Part shown: piece by piece, positions 24,701 through 36,784 of the stretch
Layout: the number at the start of each line of letters is the position of its first letter
Numbering within the stretch: position 1 is the stretch's first letter
Assembly (NCBI GenBank): GCA_021432655.1
Contig: MU271338.1
Location: 1 to 57,704 of the forward strand
DNA: 57,704 nt
Reading direction: 5' to 3'
Origin: Atractiella rhizophila
Lineage: Eukaryota
The notes under the pieces: generated by a model
Databases searched by the model: none
Told to the model about the DNA's origin: nothing
The model's input: the letters and a program-made list of their open reading frames with translations, nothing else
Translations under genes and position numbers: made by a program

Positions 24701-25257
24701 AACCCGACTTACAGATACGGCTGGCGGATATCAAGAAGGTTAATGCAAAATGTCTACGAATCCCCTCCATCGACAATGGAGGCGTCTGTGCCTTCTCTTA
24801 CCTTTACATGCTTGTGGGCACTTCGACCGGAGGATGGGTTGCTTTGATGGAAATTACACCACACAGTTCGAAAGATCGATGCTCGCCACCCTGGACGACG
24901 TGAGCCCTGTGGTGGTACATGAAAGCGAAACTTGTGGCGATGGCCGATGGCGGAGGAGGCGGAGACGACATTCGAGTGAAGTAAAAAATAAGGGCCGCGC
25001 TGTCTATGATATAAAGGTGCCATTTGTGAAGGTAGTCCTTTCTGTGAAGCATGCCTGTTGCAAAGAATGTAGCACAGCAGAGATATTTAACTGGTAGGAT
25101 TGAGGGACCCTCCCAGGGTTGGAGCAGGCAACGTTTTAGCCCCTCAGAGGCAGGGTTCCCCAACGTCTCCAACGTTCAAACCGTAAAGCACCGTCAGGAG
25201 TATCCCAACAACAACACAGCCCCTCCCTCGAGACTCGCTCGTGAATGAGAGGCTGCA

Positions 25258-25773
25258 TGGATGTGTGAGCCCTTCTGCTTCGTAAGCTGTTTTGACCCGC
25301 CGCAAAAGGGCTAGAGCAATATCAGATGATTTTCAAACTATCCTTGACTGGAAAAATCCTCCACCTGTCGCAAGTTGGAGCTCTGGGAAGCCGCACTACA
25401 GTCTGGGATGGCTACTTGAAGGAGAATTATACCGATCCCTCAGTATGGAGTTCTTTGACAAGCCGGATGGAAATGTTAGGTTGTTGCCACACCGTTGTGC
25501 TGGGAAGTGGAAGAAAGAGAACATGTTTGTTTCTCCTCCGTGGTCTATGCATGGCCCGCTCAGACAGGCTTGAGGTGCTGCAGGGAAGGCCCATTGGGAG
25601 GCTTTTACTTCCGCAAGGATGGTGTCTCGAAACCTGTGCTCACTATTGCGCTGAGCACCTCAAATAATTTGTTAAACAAAGCAATGGATGAAGCGTATGT
25701 CGAACAAGCGAAGAGAGTGTTTGGGATAAAGGAAGATCCGAAATGGTATTGGGTTGGTGGAAGACACTTCTAG
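25258..25773 (+). CDS. Small hypothetical protein
   Basis: Exons HYSLGWLLEG... and PVLTIALSTSNN...AKRVFGIKEDPKWYW. Putative introns gtaagc..cag (~25282-25325) and gtttgt..cag (~25524-25567). Confidence 0.55.
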
Positions 25774-27782
25774 TCCCTGAGTATACCTGATGTAGAGAGG
25801 AATAATCAATGTGGTCGACTCACGAATGTGATGCCATTCAAGTTATAGAAAACAGGTACATGAGTGGAACTGTCTAAATGAAGACAGAGTGATATGAGCA
25901 CTGAAGTTGAGGCACCATCTTCTCCAGGCTCTTCTCCTAACCAACCGGGATGCGCTGTCACCATATATGGTATTGGTGTGGCAAGTCTGCAACGCCATGA
26001 CTTCTTCGATCCACATGGTGGATGGATGAATGCCGATCACCGAAAATGTGCCATGGTCTGGGAGCGGCGAGAAAGTGTTCCCAAATGGACGGCGCGTAAA
26101 CGCCAATTTTGTAGTGGAATGCGGACGGAGCACGTCGAACGTCGTGGTTAGGATTTCTCTGTTCTTCCTCCGGTTTTTGGGGATCAAATTCCCCTGCTTG
26201 AAGCCTCCCGCGGTTGATCCTACTTTTTATACTTCGTTCTTGCGGGGAAATAGCGAGAAGTAGCTGAAAAGTAGGTAGTTGTTTAGAGAGAGAATGTGAC
26301 AATAAAGGAGATGACAGGTGGGATTCTTCCAAGAAGGCGTGACGTCGACGCGGTGCGAGAGGGAGAAACAGTTCATTGAAAGTATCATCGCACCTGCATC
26401 TCCTGCGTTCCAACTTCATTGCTCCATATCGTGATACTGGTGAGACTTCCGCCATGCAGTGTTGACAAATAGTTAGAAGGATTGTGGCATCCAGACAATC
26501 ACGTACTATCCCCTACAAGGACTTTGTCAGCAATCAGTTCAAAAATTCCTTTGCTTGAGATGGACAACCCACCATGGCGAGCATTTTTCAGTTTTAAACG
26601 AGGAGATTTTTGTGCAAGTAGGCTTTAGAAATGATGGAGCCGATGAAGACTAGTCCGGACCATCCGATCGTTGGCTCTGCAGGGTGTACATTGTCTTTCG
26701 ATGAAGTTCTGTTAGATCAACGTCGCCCGCACAAGAGGCCAGTGAGAACTTGGCATTCCCAAAGTAGGTTCTTGTGAGGCATTTCCAGCTCCAGAATTCC
26801 CAGCTGCTGGGATGAGGAGAACTTCATCCTGAGACACGTATGGAGTGGTTGAGAATAAGCATAGAACCTGATCCGCAACTTGCGCTCGAGCAGATTCCAT
26901 TTTTTGTCTGTGGCTTCGAACGAACTTTGAATTGACCCAGATCTCGTTGGTCGTTTTCAATCCTTACGATCTTTACGAGAAGCGGCACCACAAGAGAAGT
27001 AATGCGAAATTTTTAGTCGTCCACATGTTGGCACCAACACCCCTCTGTAGGGACTGATTCTCTCAGCGACCTTTCGAAATGCCACCCATTGGAATGATAA
27101 AGTGCCTGACTTTATGCCGATGTTATCCAAGTCTTTGTGCTGGAGAGATGAGAAGGCTATTTTCTGGAAAGATCAGCGCAAGACAGCATGGTGAATAAAT
27201 TAATACATCTCTCGGAGTCTGCTCTGACATGCTTTCCAGCGTCTTGATCTCGAAGGCATTGATGCGACAACTTCTACCCTTAAGTGCTCCGTCCGCCCCT
27301 TCGACTTCCCAACACATGTCGATCAGTCTTGGATCCCTGATGGTCTTGTTCGCGATTGGCGAGCGGAGAAAAAGTTGGAGGGGCACAAACAGCGTGGCAC
27401 AACAGCATGGCACACTGGTCGCCTGCGCATCCAAATAGTTTTGCCCATCTTGGGCCTCGCTTTTTTGGTGACGGATAGTTCCGACAGACGGTAAAGTCGT
27501 GTGCCATCGTTGGCTGACAAAGTTCTTTAAGCTGAGACTGGTCAGGCTGCTGTCAATAGAGGGCTGTAGTCATTGTATTCGACTGAAGTGGAAGGAGGAG
27601 CTGTATGTCCTCCGCTCAACTGTCCACTTTTCAAGGCGCTGTTCAAATGCCGATTCCTCAGAGCACTAGAAGTGGGATCGTCCAGCGAAAGCTCCATGGA
27701 GCAACCCAACTGCTCGCCCTTCGCCCATTATGTACACCGCAGCGTAAAAGCTCGTTCCGCGATTCCCTATGTGGCCGCTCGC

Positions 27783-27839
27783 ACTTCGCCACTTCGCTTT
27801 GTTCACCTTGGTTCCTCGAAACTCTAACGAGGTATAAAG
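27783..27839 (+). promoter_or_regulatory. Tandem ACTTCGC motif plus TATA box upstream of RTA1 copy 1
   Basis: ACTTCGCcACTTCGC at 27783-27797 and TATAAA at 27833. The same motif lies upstream of copy 2. Confidence 0.5.
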
Positions 27840-27926
27840 TGTGGCGGCAGACGTCTGTTTTACGCTCCTTCATTTACCAGCCTCTTTTCGCTCTACCATC
27901 CCTGGATCTATCCTTTTAGCCAGCAA

Positions 27927-29338
27927 ATGGCCAACTCAACCCTCTCTCCAAAAGAGCAGAAAGATCTTTTTTGTCAGGAACAGGCAAAGCTCAAGCCTTG
28001 GAACCAGCCTGGTTATGATGCACACGGAGACGAATGCGGGCAATATGGATATGTCCCATCTATCTACCTCGGCATCGGTTTCACTGCGGCTTTGTTCGTC
28101 ATGGTCTTACTCCTCGGTTAGTAACGAAAAGCACTGATTTGGGTATATTTAGCGGTATCCTAACCCTTCTGCATACTGGTTTTGTGTTCTACTCAAGGCG
28201 ATGGAGCTTGTTTACCATTACGGTTGGAGGAATAAGTCGGTCTCCTTTATGTTAGCGGCAGAGAACACTCTGACACTGACTGAATAGTTGAGATCGTCGG
28301 ATGGGTATCCCGTGTTCTGTCGAACAATAATCCTTACAGTGACGGCCCTTTCATCGCTCAGGTCCGTTCATGCTTTCCCACCTGTTGTCATCCTTCTTGA
28401 TAAGAGCTCCCTACATAGACGACGACACTGATCATTGGCCCGACCCTTTTCAGCGCAGCTCTCTACCTCCTTTTCGGTGTCATCATCGTCCAGCTGGGAG
28501 AGCATTACTCCTTGCTTAAGCCGAAACTTTACGGCCTTATCTTTATTGGCGCAGATTTCATTTCCCTAGTTCTTCAAGGAGCAGGAGGAGGTATTGCTGC
28601 GACAGCGGATGACAGCGACACTTCAAAAATGGGTCTGTTGCCCTCCCTTTCTCCCTTCGGGCTCAGTTGACACGGTACACAGGAACCAACATCATGGAGG
28701 GTGGGATTGTCTTCCAACTCGTTGCTACCATAGTCTTCGGATTCCTTGCTCTCTCCTTTAGGCGGAAGGCGAAGAAAGATGACGGGTTACCCGCTCGTCG
28801 AACACCACTCTGGTATCTCGAAGTTGCGCTTGCAGTAGGAACGGGAGCAATCATTGTTCGTGGGATCTACCGAACTGTGGAGCTTGCACAAGGATGGGAT
28901 GGGTACAGCTTCACTCCGTTCGTAGGTGGACCTTAACTGAGGACGTTGCATTGGTGCAGATACTTGGCAACACACGAGATATATATTCTTTTCGACGCAG
29001 TTCCCATGGTCATCTTGCTTCTAGCCCTTGCCCTGGCGCACCCGTTCTGGACACTCCCACTTCCCGGTCGCGAACCAAGAAAGATCAGGAAGCTCTCAAT
29101 GTCTTACACTAAAACGGGTAACGACTCTTCCGCCAACTTGGCAGTAAAGGGCCATATCCCGCTTGGAAGTAAGAGCGACATCGAGTTTCGACCACTTGTC
29201 AACGTAGCTGATACGGAACACATTCCCTATGGAGCCGGACCGCCTGCGAGCAAGGATTTCGGCAGCGGTCTCGCTTCAACTTACGGCGATGGACCTCGAA
29301 ACAGCAGGGAACATCTCAACTCAGGATACGCAGCGTGA
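27927..29338 (+). CDS. RTA1-like (lipid-translocating exporter family) membrane protein, copy 1
   Basis: QYGYVPS, EIVGWVSR, TTLIIGPTLFSAALY, IFIGADFISLVLQGAGGGIAA, IIVRGIYRTVELAQGW and EIYILFDAVPM. Confidence 0.92.
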
Positions 29339-29717
29339 CTAACTGTTGGAGATGCCGATGGTTTGAGCATGAATGAGCAGGGAGGTTGGGAGAATATCGA
29401 CTTAATGTCTCATCCTTTGTCGACCTGAAGTGGTGGGATAATGGCAACTAGACGCATTGAGATGACCTTACAGCAAATGGAAGCGGACATCATATACCTC
29501 TCTGACTTTGCTGCTACAGTTCCGTTTCCGACGTGTGCTTAGGACATTTTGATGATCCCTTGGTCTGATACCTTGCTCTTGAATAGCATCTTGAACAGTA
29601 TTGATGATATATGTTGCCTTGCACCTTATATGGATATATTTTCCCAAACACCGCGATTTGCACCTTGAACGTTATTGTCATTGCGAAGATACCTCCATTA
29701 GTGGCACTGTGACCTTG

Positions 29718-31372
29718 TCATCTGGTGATCGTCTGTTTCTTCGATTGAGAACCAAAAAGTACTGCTTCCAGAGTGCTTAATCGTCGCATTTTCTTTTGCT
29801 TTTGCGGCACACTTGAGGACTGAGAAGGTTGTGAAGTTGGAACGATTTGAGAGGATCGGGACTGTGACCGAACGGAACGCTGAGTTAACTGGGAGGAAGC
29901 AGTCAAGGTAGAAGACTGAGACGACTTCGGCTCAGAGTGCGAAAAAGGGATGTGGTCAAAAGGCTGTTGGTGAGGCATTGAAGAATTCGAAGAAGACTTG
30001 CAGGGATATGAAATATGAGATCGGAAGATGCCTTCCTCCTTCTGCGAACGTCGCCTCTGCTCCTCAAATTCTGACATCCCTCGAAATCATGTTAGTATGG
30101 TTGAGATGCAGAGAGAAAGGGTATCGACCATAGACTTTCTCCATACAATTCTCTAAGTTCCTTAAAGACTCCCAAGTAGGTTCGTACCTTCCTCCATTAG
30201 AATCATGACCCATCCACGAAACCTTGTACTCTCGCTCGCCAGTGGTAAGGTCGCTTCTGGCGGCCAAAATTTGTTCTACCCCCCATTCAACTACCGTCTT
30301 ACTTTCCCCAACATTCCGCTTTGGGTCTTCGGGTTCCCATCTGTAGCTTTTCTCCCTCCAAACGAGATTGCTCCGCCTGATTCCGCGGCTCCTCATCCAA
30401 TCTTGTTTTAGGCGTAATTGGCCCCTTTCCTTCACCAAAGTTTCATCTGAAATCCATCGCTCAGTGCCATCGGACAGCGCCACGAGAGCTTCAGAATATG
30501 GCGGGGTCCCAAAATTGGTAATGGAATGCAACCAGTGAATGAGTTTAATCGAAATGATTGTCACTTCTACTGGTAGTGTCGCAGCATAAATTGGGACGCC
30601 AATAGGTGACATCCTAAAGGGGAATTGGGATTTTTTACTGGCAGATGCACGGGAGCATGATTGTCGGGTTACCTTCAGCGGACGGTCCTAGCAGCGAAGA
30701 TGTAAGCACGTAAGTGATATCTTTAAACACTGTACCAAAATTTCAGCATCTGGAGCTTTCTTTCGTTTCCCCTCGAATTTCGCAACATGCTATAACTAGA
30801 CGTCAGAATGAATTAGTTAGTGTGGTGAGCGACTTCTTTACCCTTTCATCCCTGTGTGGCGAAGATTTGGGACGTTCGACTTCGGATAGCTGGGTAATAG
30901 GTCTGGATTGATGGACCGATGCTACATCGCACTTGGCTGGGAAAGCGTCTCTCCCAGCCTGGCTCTGGCTCTGAACGATGGTTGGCGCATATGTCTAGAT
31001 TCGAACCCGCCTATCAGATGGATCCAACCAAGGAAGTGACAGCGACCGAAAGCCAAATAAAGATTGGCGGTTCAGCAAATATGATCTTGCAGCGGAAATG
31101 GACTAAGCAAATGAGCACGAATTCGAACTCACCGAGAGTCTCTCTTTTCCCTTCTCCTTCGCCTGACCGTGTGCCTTTTTCTTCAGCTTCCAGCCTTCCT
31201 CTCTCCCCAAACGCGAAAAGACGGTTTCATCGCAGACCCAAACCTGCTTCCCGCTCTCCAAGCATTCGACCAGGTTGAGATATTTTCCTGTGAGGGAACA
31301 CTTCTCCACTCTGTATATCATTGGGTGGATTTTGACGGTAGGAAGGAGGGCAGTAAGGGACGGCTTGGACAT
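29718..31372 (-). CDS. Chromodomain-containing protein (multi-exon)
   Basis: EWGVEQILAARSD...REYKVSWMGH...EPTWESLRNLENC and an S/Q-rich tail. Joining the 31103-31372 exon is inferred. Confidence 0.75.
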
Positions 31373-31753
31373 AGTTCAAGTGGAGTCCGGAAGATGAATT
31401 GGAAAAAGGAGGAGGATGAAGTGATGGACTGCAAGGCAAGGAGGAAGGAGCCATAACAGTCGGATCGTGTTTTCTGTCCGTTGGTCGAGTTGGTCACAGA
31501 TGGAATGACTAACGTGACTTTGCTTTTGAGAGCAGTCTTATTCTCCACGTACAAAGGTAATGGGAACTGGCTCGGGAACGAGCGAGAACACAGGAGCCTC
31601 ATCTCGTTGATATGTCAACAATGATTCTGTGAGACAAATGCGAATGATTCGACAAATAGATTGCGAAAGGGGAGATAAACAACAGATAATCACACTAGAA
31701 ATACGCACGAAACACAGATCGAGCTCAAACGAATGCAAGAGCTGAGAACTCCT

Positions 31754-34700
31754 TCACACACCACCACAACTCCCACTTTCACTCATAAAGCTCGCCTCGC
31801 TCCACCCTGCACTCCACGAGTTATTCGTACTCCTTCGCTTTGGGCTTGCAGTCGCCTTTCCTCCCCCACCAGCGTCACTTGAGACTACACTTTCCGACCT
31901 TCCATCCCTCGCAAAACTTCCTTTACGCAACTCTCCATTGTTAGGACGAGAGTTTTTGCGGCTCTTCTTCGAGCTTTCTGACGTGAAGCTCCCCCTGCGC
32001 ATCGAAGCATGAGAAGAGCGTGAGCGTGGGCGTTTGATAGACCCTGGTGTGGGATTGGGGTTTGGCGGAAGAGTGCGTGTGTTTGATCGTGACGAAACGG
32101 ATGGGGTGGAAGGTCGAGAGAAGGAAGCTTCGGAAGGTGGAAGTGGGGTTGGGAGCGGTGGCCAGACATAGGCTGATGTTGATGCATGCGGAAAGGAGGA
32201 GGTACGCGGGAGCATGGCCTTTGATTCTTCCCACAGCGGCAAGTGAACGGCTGAGGTTGTGGCCGACGGAGCAGAATAGTCAACCATCTCTTCGTTTTCT
32301 GCTTCCTCGATCGGTTCTTCTCGAGCCCTCTTCCTGCTCATTTCGATAGGGAGCTCGCCTTCTCCATCTTCCGAAGAGCTACCGTCCAAACCTTGCGCTT
32401 CCAAAAGCGCACGAGAAGGCTTTCGTTCCCGCTTGGACTTGCGGACCTCGCCGCCATCGAAGAGTACCCCTCCACCACCTCTGCCGCCTTCAGAGCGACT
32501 CCTCACACGTCCCAGCATCCGCCGCAGTTCCTCATCTGCAAAACGCAGGCGAAGGGCTTTTGTCCCTTCCTTGGGAAGCGAGGAGTGGTGTTCCAAACAT
32601 GTGATGCGGGCTGAGGGTCGGTGGATGACTTGAGAAAGGTAGTACATCCCTTGACACCGTGAGCATTGATACTCCCCATCCGCTACATCCTGAGAGTCAA
32701 CGTCCTCTTCGATCTCAGGGAGTTCCTCTCGCAAGACGTTGCGGCGTCGGACCTCTCGGTCAACCATCTCACGGTATGCTGGGAGGAGCCTACATCCGAG
32801 TTAATTCGTGGTTACAGCAGAAAGAAAACACTCACCATTTCGATGTGCCTGCCGTCTTGTCGTGGACGGAGATGGTAACCAATAACTCGTCATGACAAAA
32901 GACAGGGGGCTTCGACAATTCCTTATATGCCATCACACACTCCAGTCCTTTGTCGAGCCAGTCCGGAAGCCTGTACCATCGCCATTCAGTGCAAAGTTCC
33001 TGATCGGATACCAGCAAGAGACACTCACGCGAAGTTTACAGCGGTATTATAGTTCAGCCCTTGATTGAATCCTGCGTGATACGCCTTCGGAAAAGTGATT
33101 ACAAACTCGTTCGGTCGTTGGTCGACTGCGTAGACCTTCACACCTGCTTTTTTTAAGCGTCCGGGAGACATAAGTGTGACCAGCTGGAAAAGGAGGTCGG
33201 GCTGTTGTTGGAATAACTCGGGAGCCGCAGCTTTCATAGCAGAATCCAAAAGCTCATCTTGGTGCCCTGGAACTCCGTACCAAGTCTTGGTTGCGCCCCA
33301 TGACTGGAAGTTGATTCTATTACATACTCGAATGAGCGGACGCTCCCGGGAAGGATTAAGCGAGTGAGCTCACGAGTAAGTGTAATGGTCTTCCTTGTGC
33401 CATGCAAAGGTGGAGAAGAGCATCCCAACATAAACCCAAGGAACAGTCATGCCAGAAACGTCGGATTTAATGTATCGCAGGAGGGACCCTGGTAGGATAG
33501 GGAGATTGTTGAGGTTCCACCCGTCCCTTGCATAAGGGTTTGTCGGGTCTTTCTCGAGACCGGGAAGACCACTATTGACGGCAATTAAGCATGTTAAAGG
33601 CCATGCGGAGGAATGGGGACTAAAAGAATACGAACCTCCCATATTTTGATGCATAAATATCAGCTCCATATTCCACTTCTACCGTTTCACTAGGGCTCTC
33701 CACTAGCCTCCAGAACTCCCTCTCCAGATGATCTTCAACTTCACCTTCTCTCGTATGCTTCACCGGATGCCTTGCCAACCATAGTTCCCGAAACCTGTCC
33801 GCTCGCTTCTTAAATGAGTACAAAGAATGCGTTTGCCCCTCATCGAAGCCATAGTCCCCTCCAATAACCCGCAAACATCCATCGCACAGCCACGAGGGAG
33901 ATTTGGGTACCGATTTCAGAGGAGGGGTGAGGCAGTCAAGGTGCCAACCGCGCTCGCAACCGTCACAAAGCAAGATTGCTTCAGGGCGATCATCCGTTCC
34001 GCAGACCTCACATAGCTATCCAACCCAAAGTAACCCACAGTTCAACCGATTGTTGGAGATGAGAGACGAGATCGAATGACGCACCTCCCCTGGAGGTACT
34101 TCCTCTTCCACCTCCATCCCCGACTCCGTATTTAGCGCCTCTTCCAGACGCTTCGTAGCCTCCTTCACCCTCTCCATAACTTTGGGCGTCTCCAAACTTT
34201 CCTCTTTGACGATTAAGTTGGATCGAGCTGCTGGTTTCGGAGTGATGCTTGGATTGGTCGATGTGGCGGAAGAGGATGAAGCGGAATTGGCCATGAATTC
34301 ATCAAAAGGAAGGATGATACGTTGGAACGCCGTCTTGAGCTGAGATGAGACAGACGGGACGTTACGAACGTCGTAGCCCAATGACTTAGCGACGGATGGC
34401 CACTTGCGGGCTTGAGTGATCTTCACAGGCCATCAAACAGTGACCTTAGGAGAAGGGAAGACGAACCGCCTGATATCCTCCTTGGGAATGCACCTCTTTC
34501 CTCAATCTCCACAAGTCCACAGGGCGATGGTTGATCTGGGGGACAGTGATTTTCGAGTGTGGACTCTTGTCTAGATTCTTTCTTACACCCAGGGTTTGAA
34601 AGGTCGGGAAAGCACACCTTGTTGCTTATGGAATATGTAGAGCTGTTCCATAAAATTGAGGTTCGCCCTCGCGCACGCCTCCATCGAATTCAACGTTTGC

Positions 34701-35846
34701 ACTCGCGTCTTGAATCTGAACACCTAGACACCACAAAAGCAAAGAAGCCGAAGTTAACGAACAGCCACCGAATCTACCACCATAGAGAAATCATGACAAC
34801 GAACCTCAGTATCCATATCCCAAGTCATCTGCCAACCCTGTGGCGGCACAATTTTCGCTATCCCATACTCAGCCGCTCCTAGACCGCCTTCCTCTCCCAC
34901 AGGTTTCGCCAATCTTTGGATATACGCCATTGGATCCGCCCACTCCTCCGCCGTCGGATAGAAAGTCGGCCCTCTCTCCAAACCGAAAATTCTCTCCTTC
35001 CGAGAAGCTTCGTCGTATCCACGAGGAATTGGAGATTGGGTTCGTAGTGAGGACATAGGGACTACTGGCGCTTTGGTCTGCTTTTGGGAGAGCCGGGAAG
35101 GGTTGAGTGAAGCGTGTGGTGGGTTAGGGAGAGTCGAACGCGGAACGGGTCCAATGCCTGCCGCATCGTCCGAGGGGAAAGTGAGGGCGAGAGAGGAAAA
35201 GACCGTGGTTTGTGCCAGGGAGAACGGGAGCCTGTATGAGGGCATGTTATCAACATTCCTTCCGTGAACACCTTCCAGAGATAAATGTTTTAGAGGAGAA
35301 ATAATGATTCAAATCCAGCGAAATTTTGCACAGGCCCGTCGAAAGCCCATATAAAGAGATTAAGCACACTTTGAAGGAGGAAGCAGGGAGTTTGGCCGAT
35401 CTTCGACTCTCATCCCGCTCCGTCTCAAGTGACAGCATGGGACGATAACTCTCGATCCACCCATTCAATTGCGCTCGGACCAACGCTACAATGCTCGCAG
35501 AATTTTTCTAAGATTGTTCAGCATGAAAACAAGACGAAATAACGAGGTAAGAAACGGAACAGAACAACGACCCCACTCAAAATCCACAATGTCGAGGCCA
35601 TTCTCTTCCCAAACCAGGGAATTTCGACTGGAAGGAGGATACTAACCCATTCTTCTCCTTCTTGGCACTCTTGCTGCTGCTCCCTTCTCCATTGATGGTT
35701 ACATGCGAAGTCGAACCTCCGTTGTTAGCTGGTGTGGAAGGTTGGGATTTAGGCGGACGTCCTCTGCCGCGTTTGACTGGCGGATTGGGCGTAGAGGGAA
35801 TAGACGGGGGCAGGGGGGGAACAAGGAAGGCTGTCGCTGCTTCCAT
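31754..35846 (-). CDS. KDM5/JARID1-family JmjC histone demethylase (AT-hook, JmjN, ARID, PHD, JmjC, degenerate C5HC2)
   Basis: [24 protein letters not shown]...[13 protein letters not shown] ([11 protein letters not shown]); [51 protein letters not shown]. Confidence 0.93.
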
Positions 35847-36784
35847 GCTGACGCTCGCTCGATTGAAGTGCAAATTGGTAGTTCCGGATGACACCGGTTC
35901 TTGATCGGATGATTTGGTGCTGAGCAGGAAGCGAGTAGCAGATTATTTCCGTGATAATTCTCAATGATATCGCATCAAAACTTCAACGTCTCTTATGATG
36001 AATGGCGAACTCGTCAATATTGTGGAATCAGGGGAATGAGGAGGGTTTGTCATAAAGTTCAGCGAACCACTTGCACGATCCACCAACCACCTACACGACC
36101 TACACAGCTCCAAACTCAAACGAGGGAAGGGGAGATGAACACCGCAGGAAGCAACTGATGCGGGAATGAAGTATGTCTTTTTCATGGCCAAAATTGGATT
36201 GCTGGACTGTCGGCCTGTTCCTGTGCGATTTTGAGCTCCATTCCACAATTTGGAGGTATCATGGCATCAAGGTATCATTACCATAAGGACAACTGAAACC
36301 AGAACGATATATAGCACCTGAGCTGTCCAACGCGAACCAGTGCGATTCACAACAAAGCCTTGTCTGTGAAAAGACTTCTCATCATGACGCCCAATTTCCT
36401 GACCGCTCGATACCATCCACTCAATTTTGTCCCTAATAGGAAAGGGATACAGACAGGCGTATTGGAGGGGGAAAAGATTGCCCGTTATATCACTCTTATT
36501 CCTGAACTCGGCGGCCATAAATACTCAAGGTCGCAATACATTTAGGCTGAATACTATGCGTCGTCCTGAAATTGAGAATTCCTGATTCAAGTTGCATACA
36601 TTTTCTGATGACTGAGAGGCCGACTGGATGCCCAGCATTCTCCAAATTGGCCTCCTGAGTACGGGCAAAGAGACGGAAGGACGGACCGTTGCTCCGGAGT
36701 GCACATCGATTGACAGATTTATAAAGGAGAGCCCTTTCCCGCTCTGGTTGCTCTACCCCCAAAAACCTTCATTTGTGTAACAAG

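Noticed and set aside
26712..26960. P-loop/NACHT remnant (VLLIPAAGNSGAGNAS)
   Set aside because: Lacks GK[ST] and has no supporting downstream motifs.
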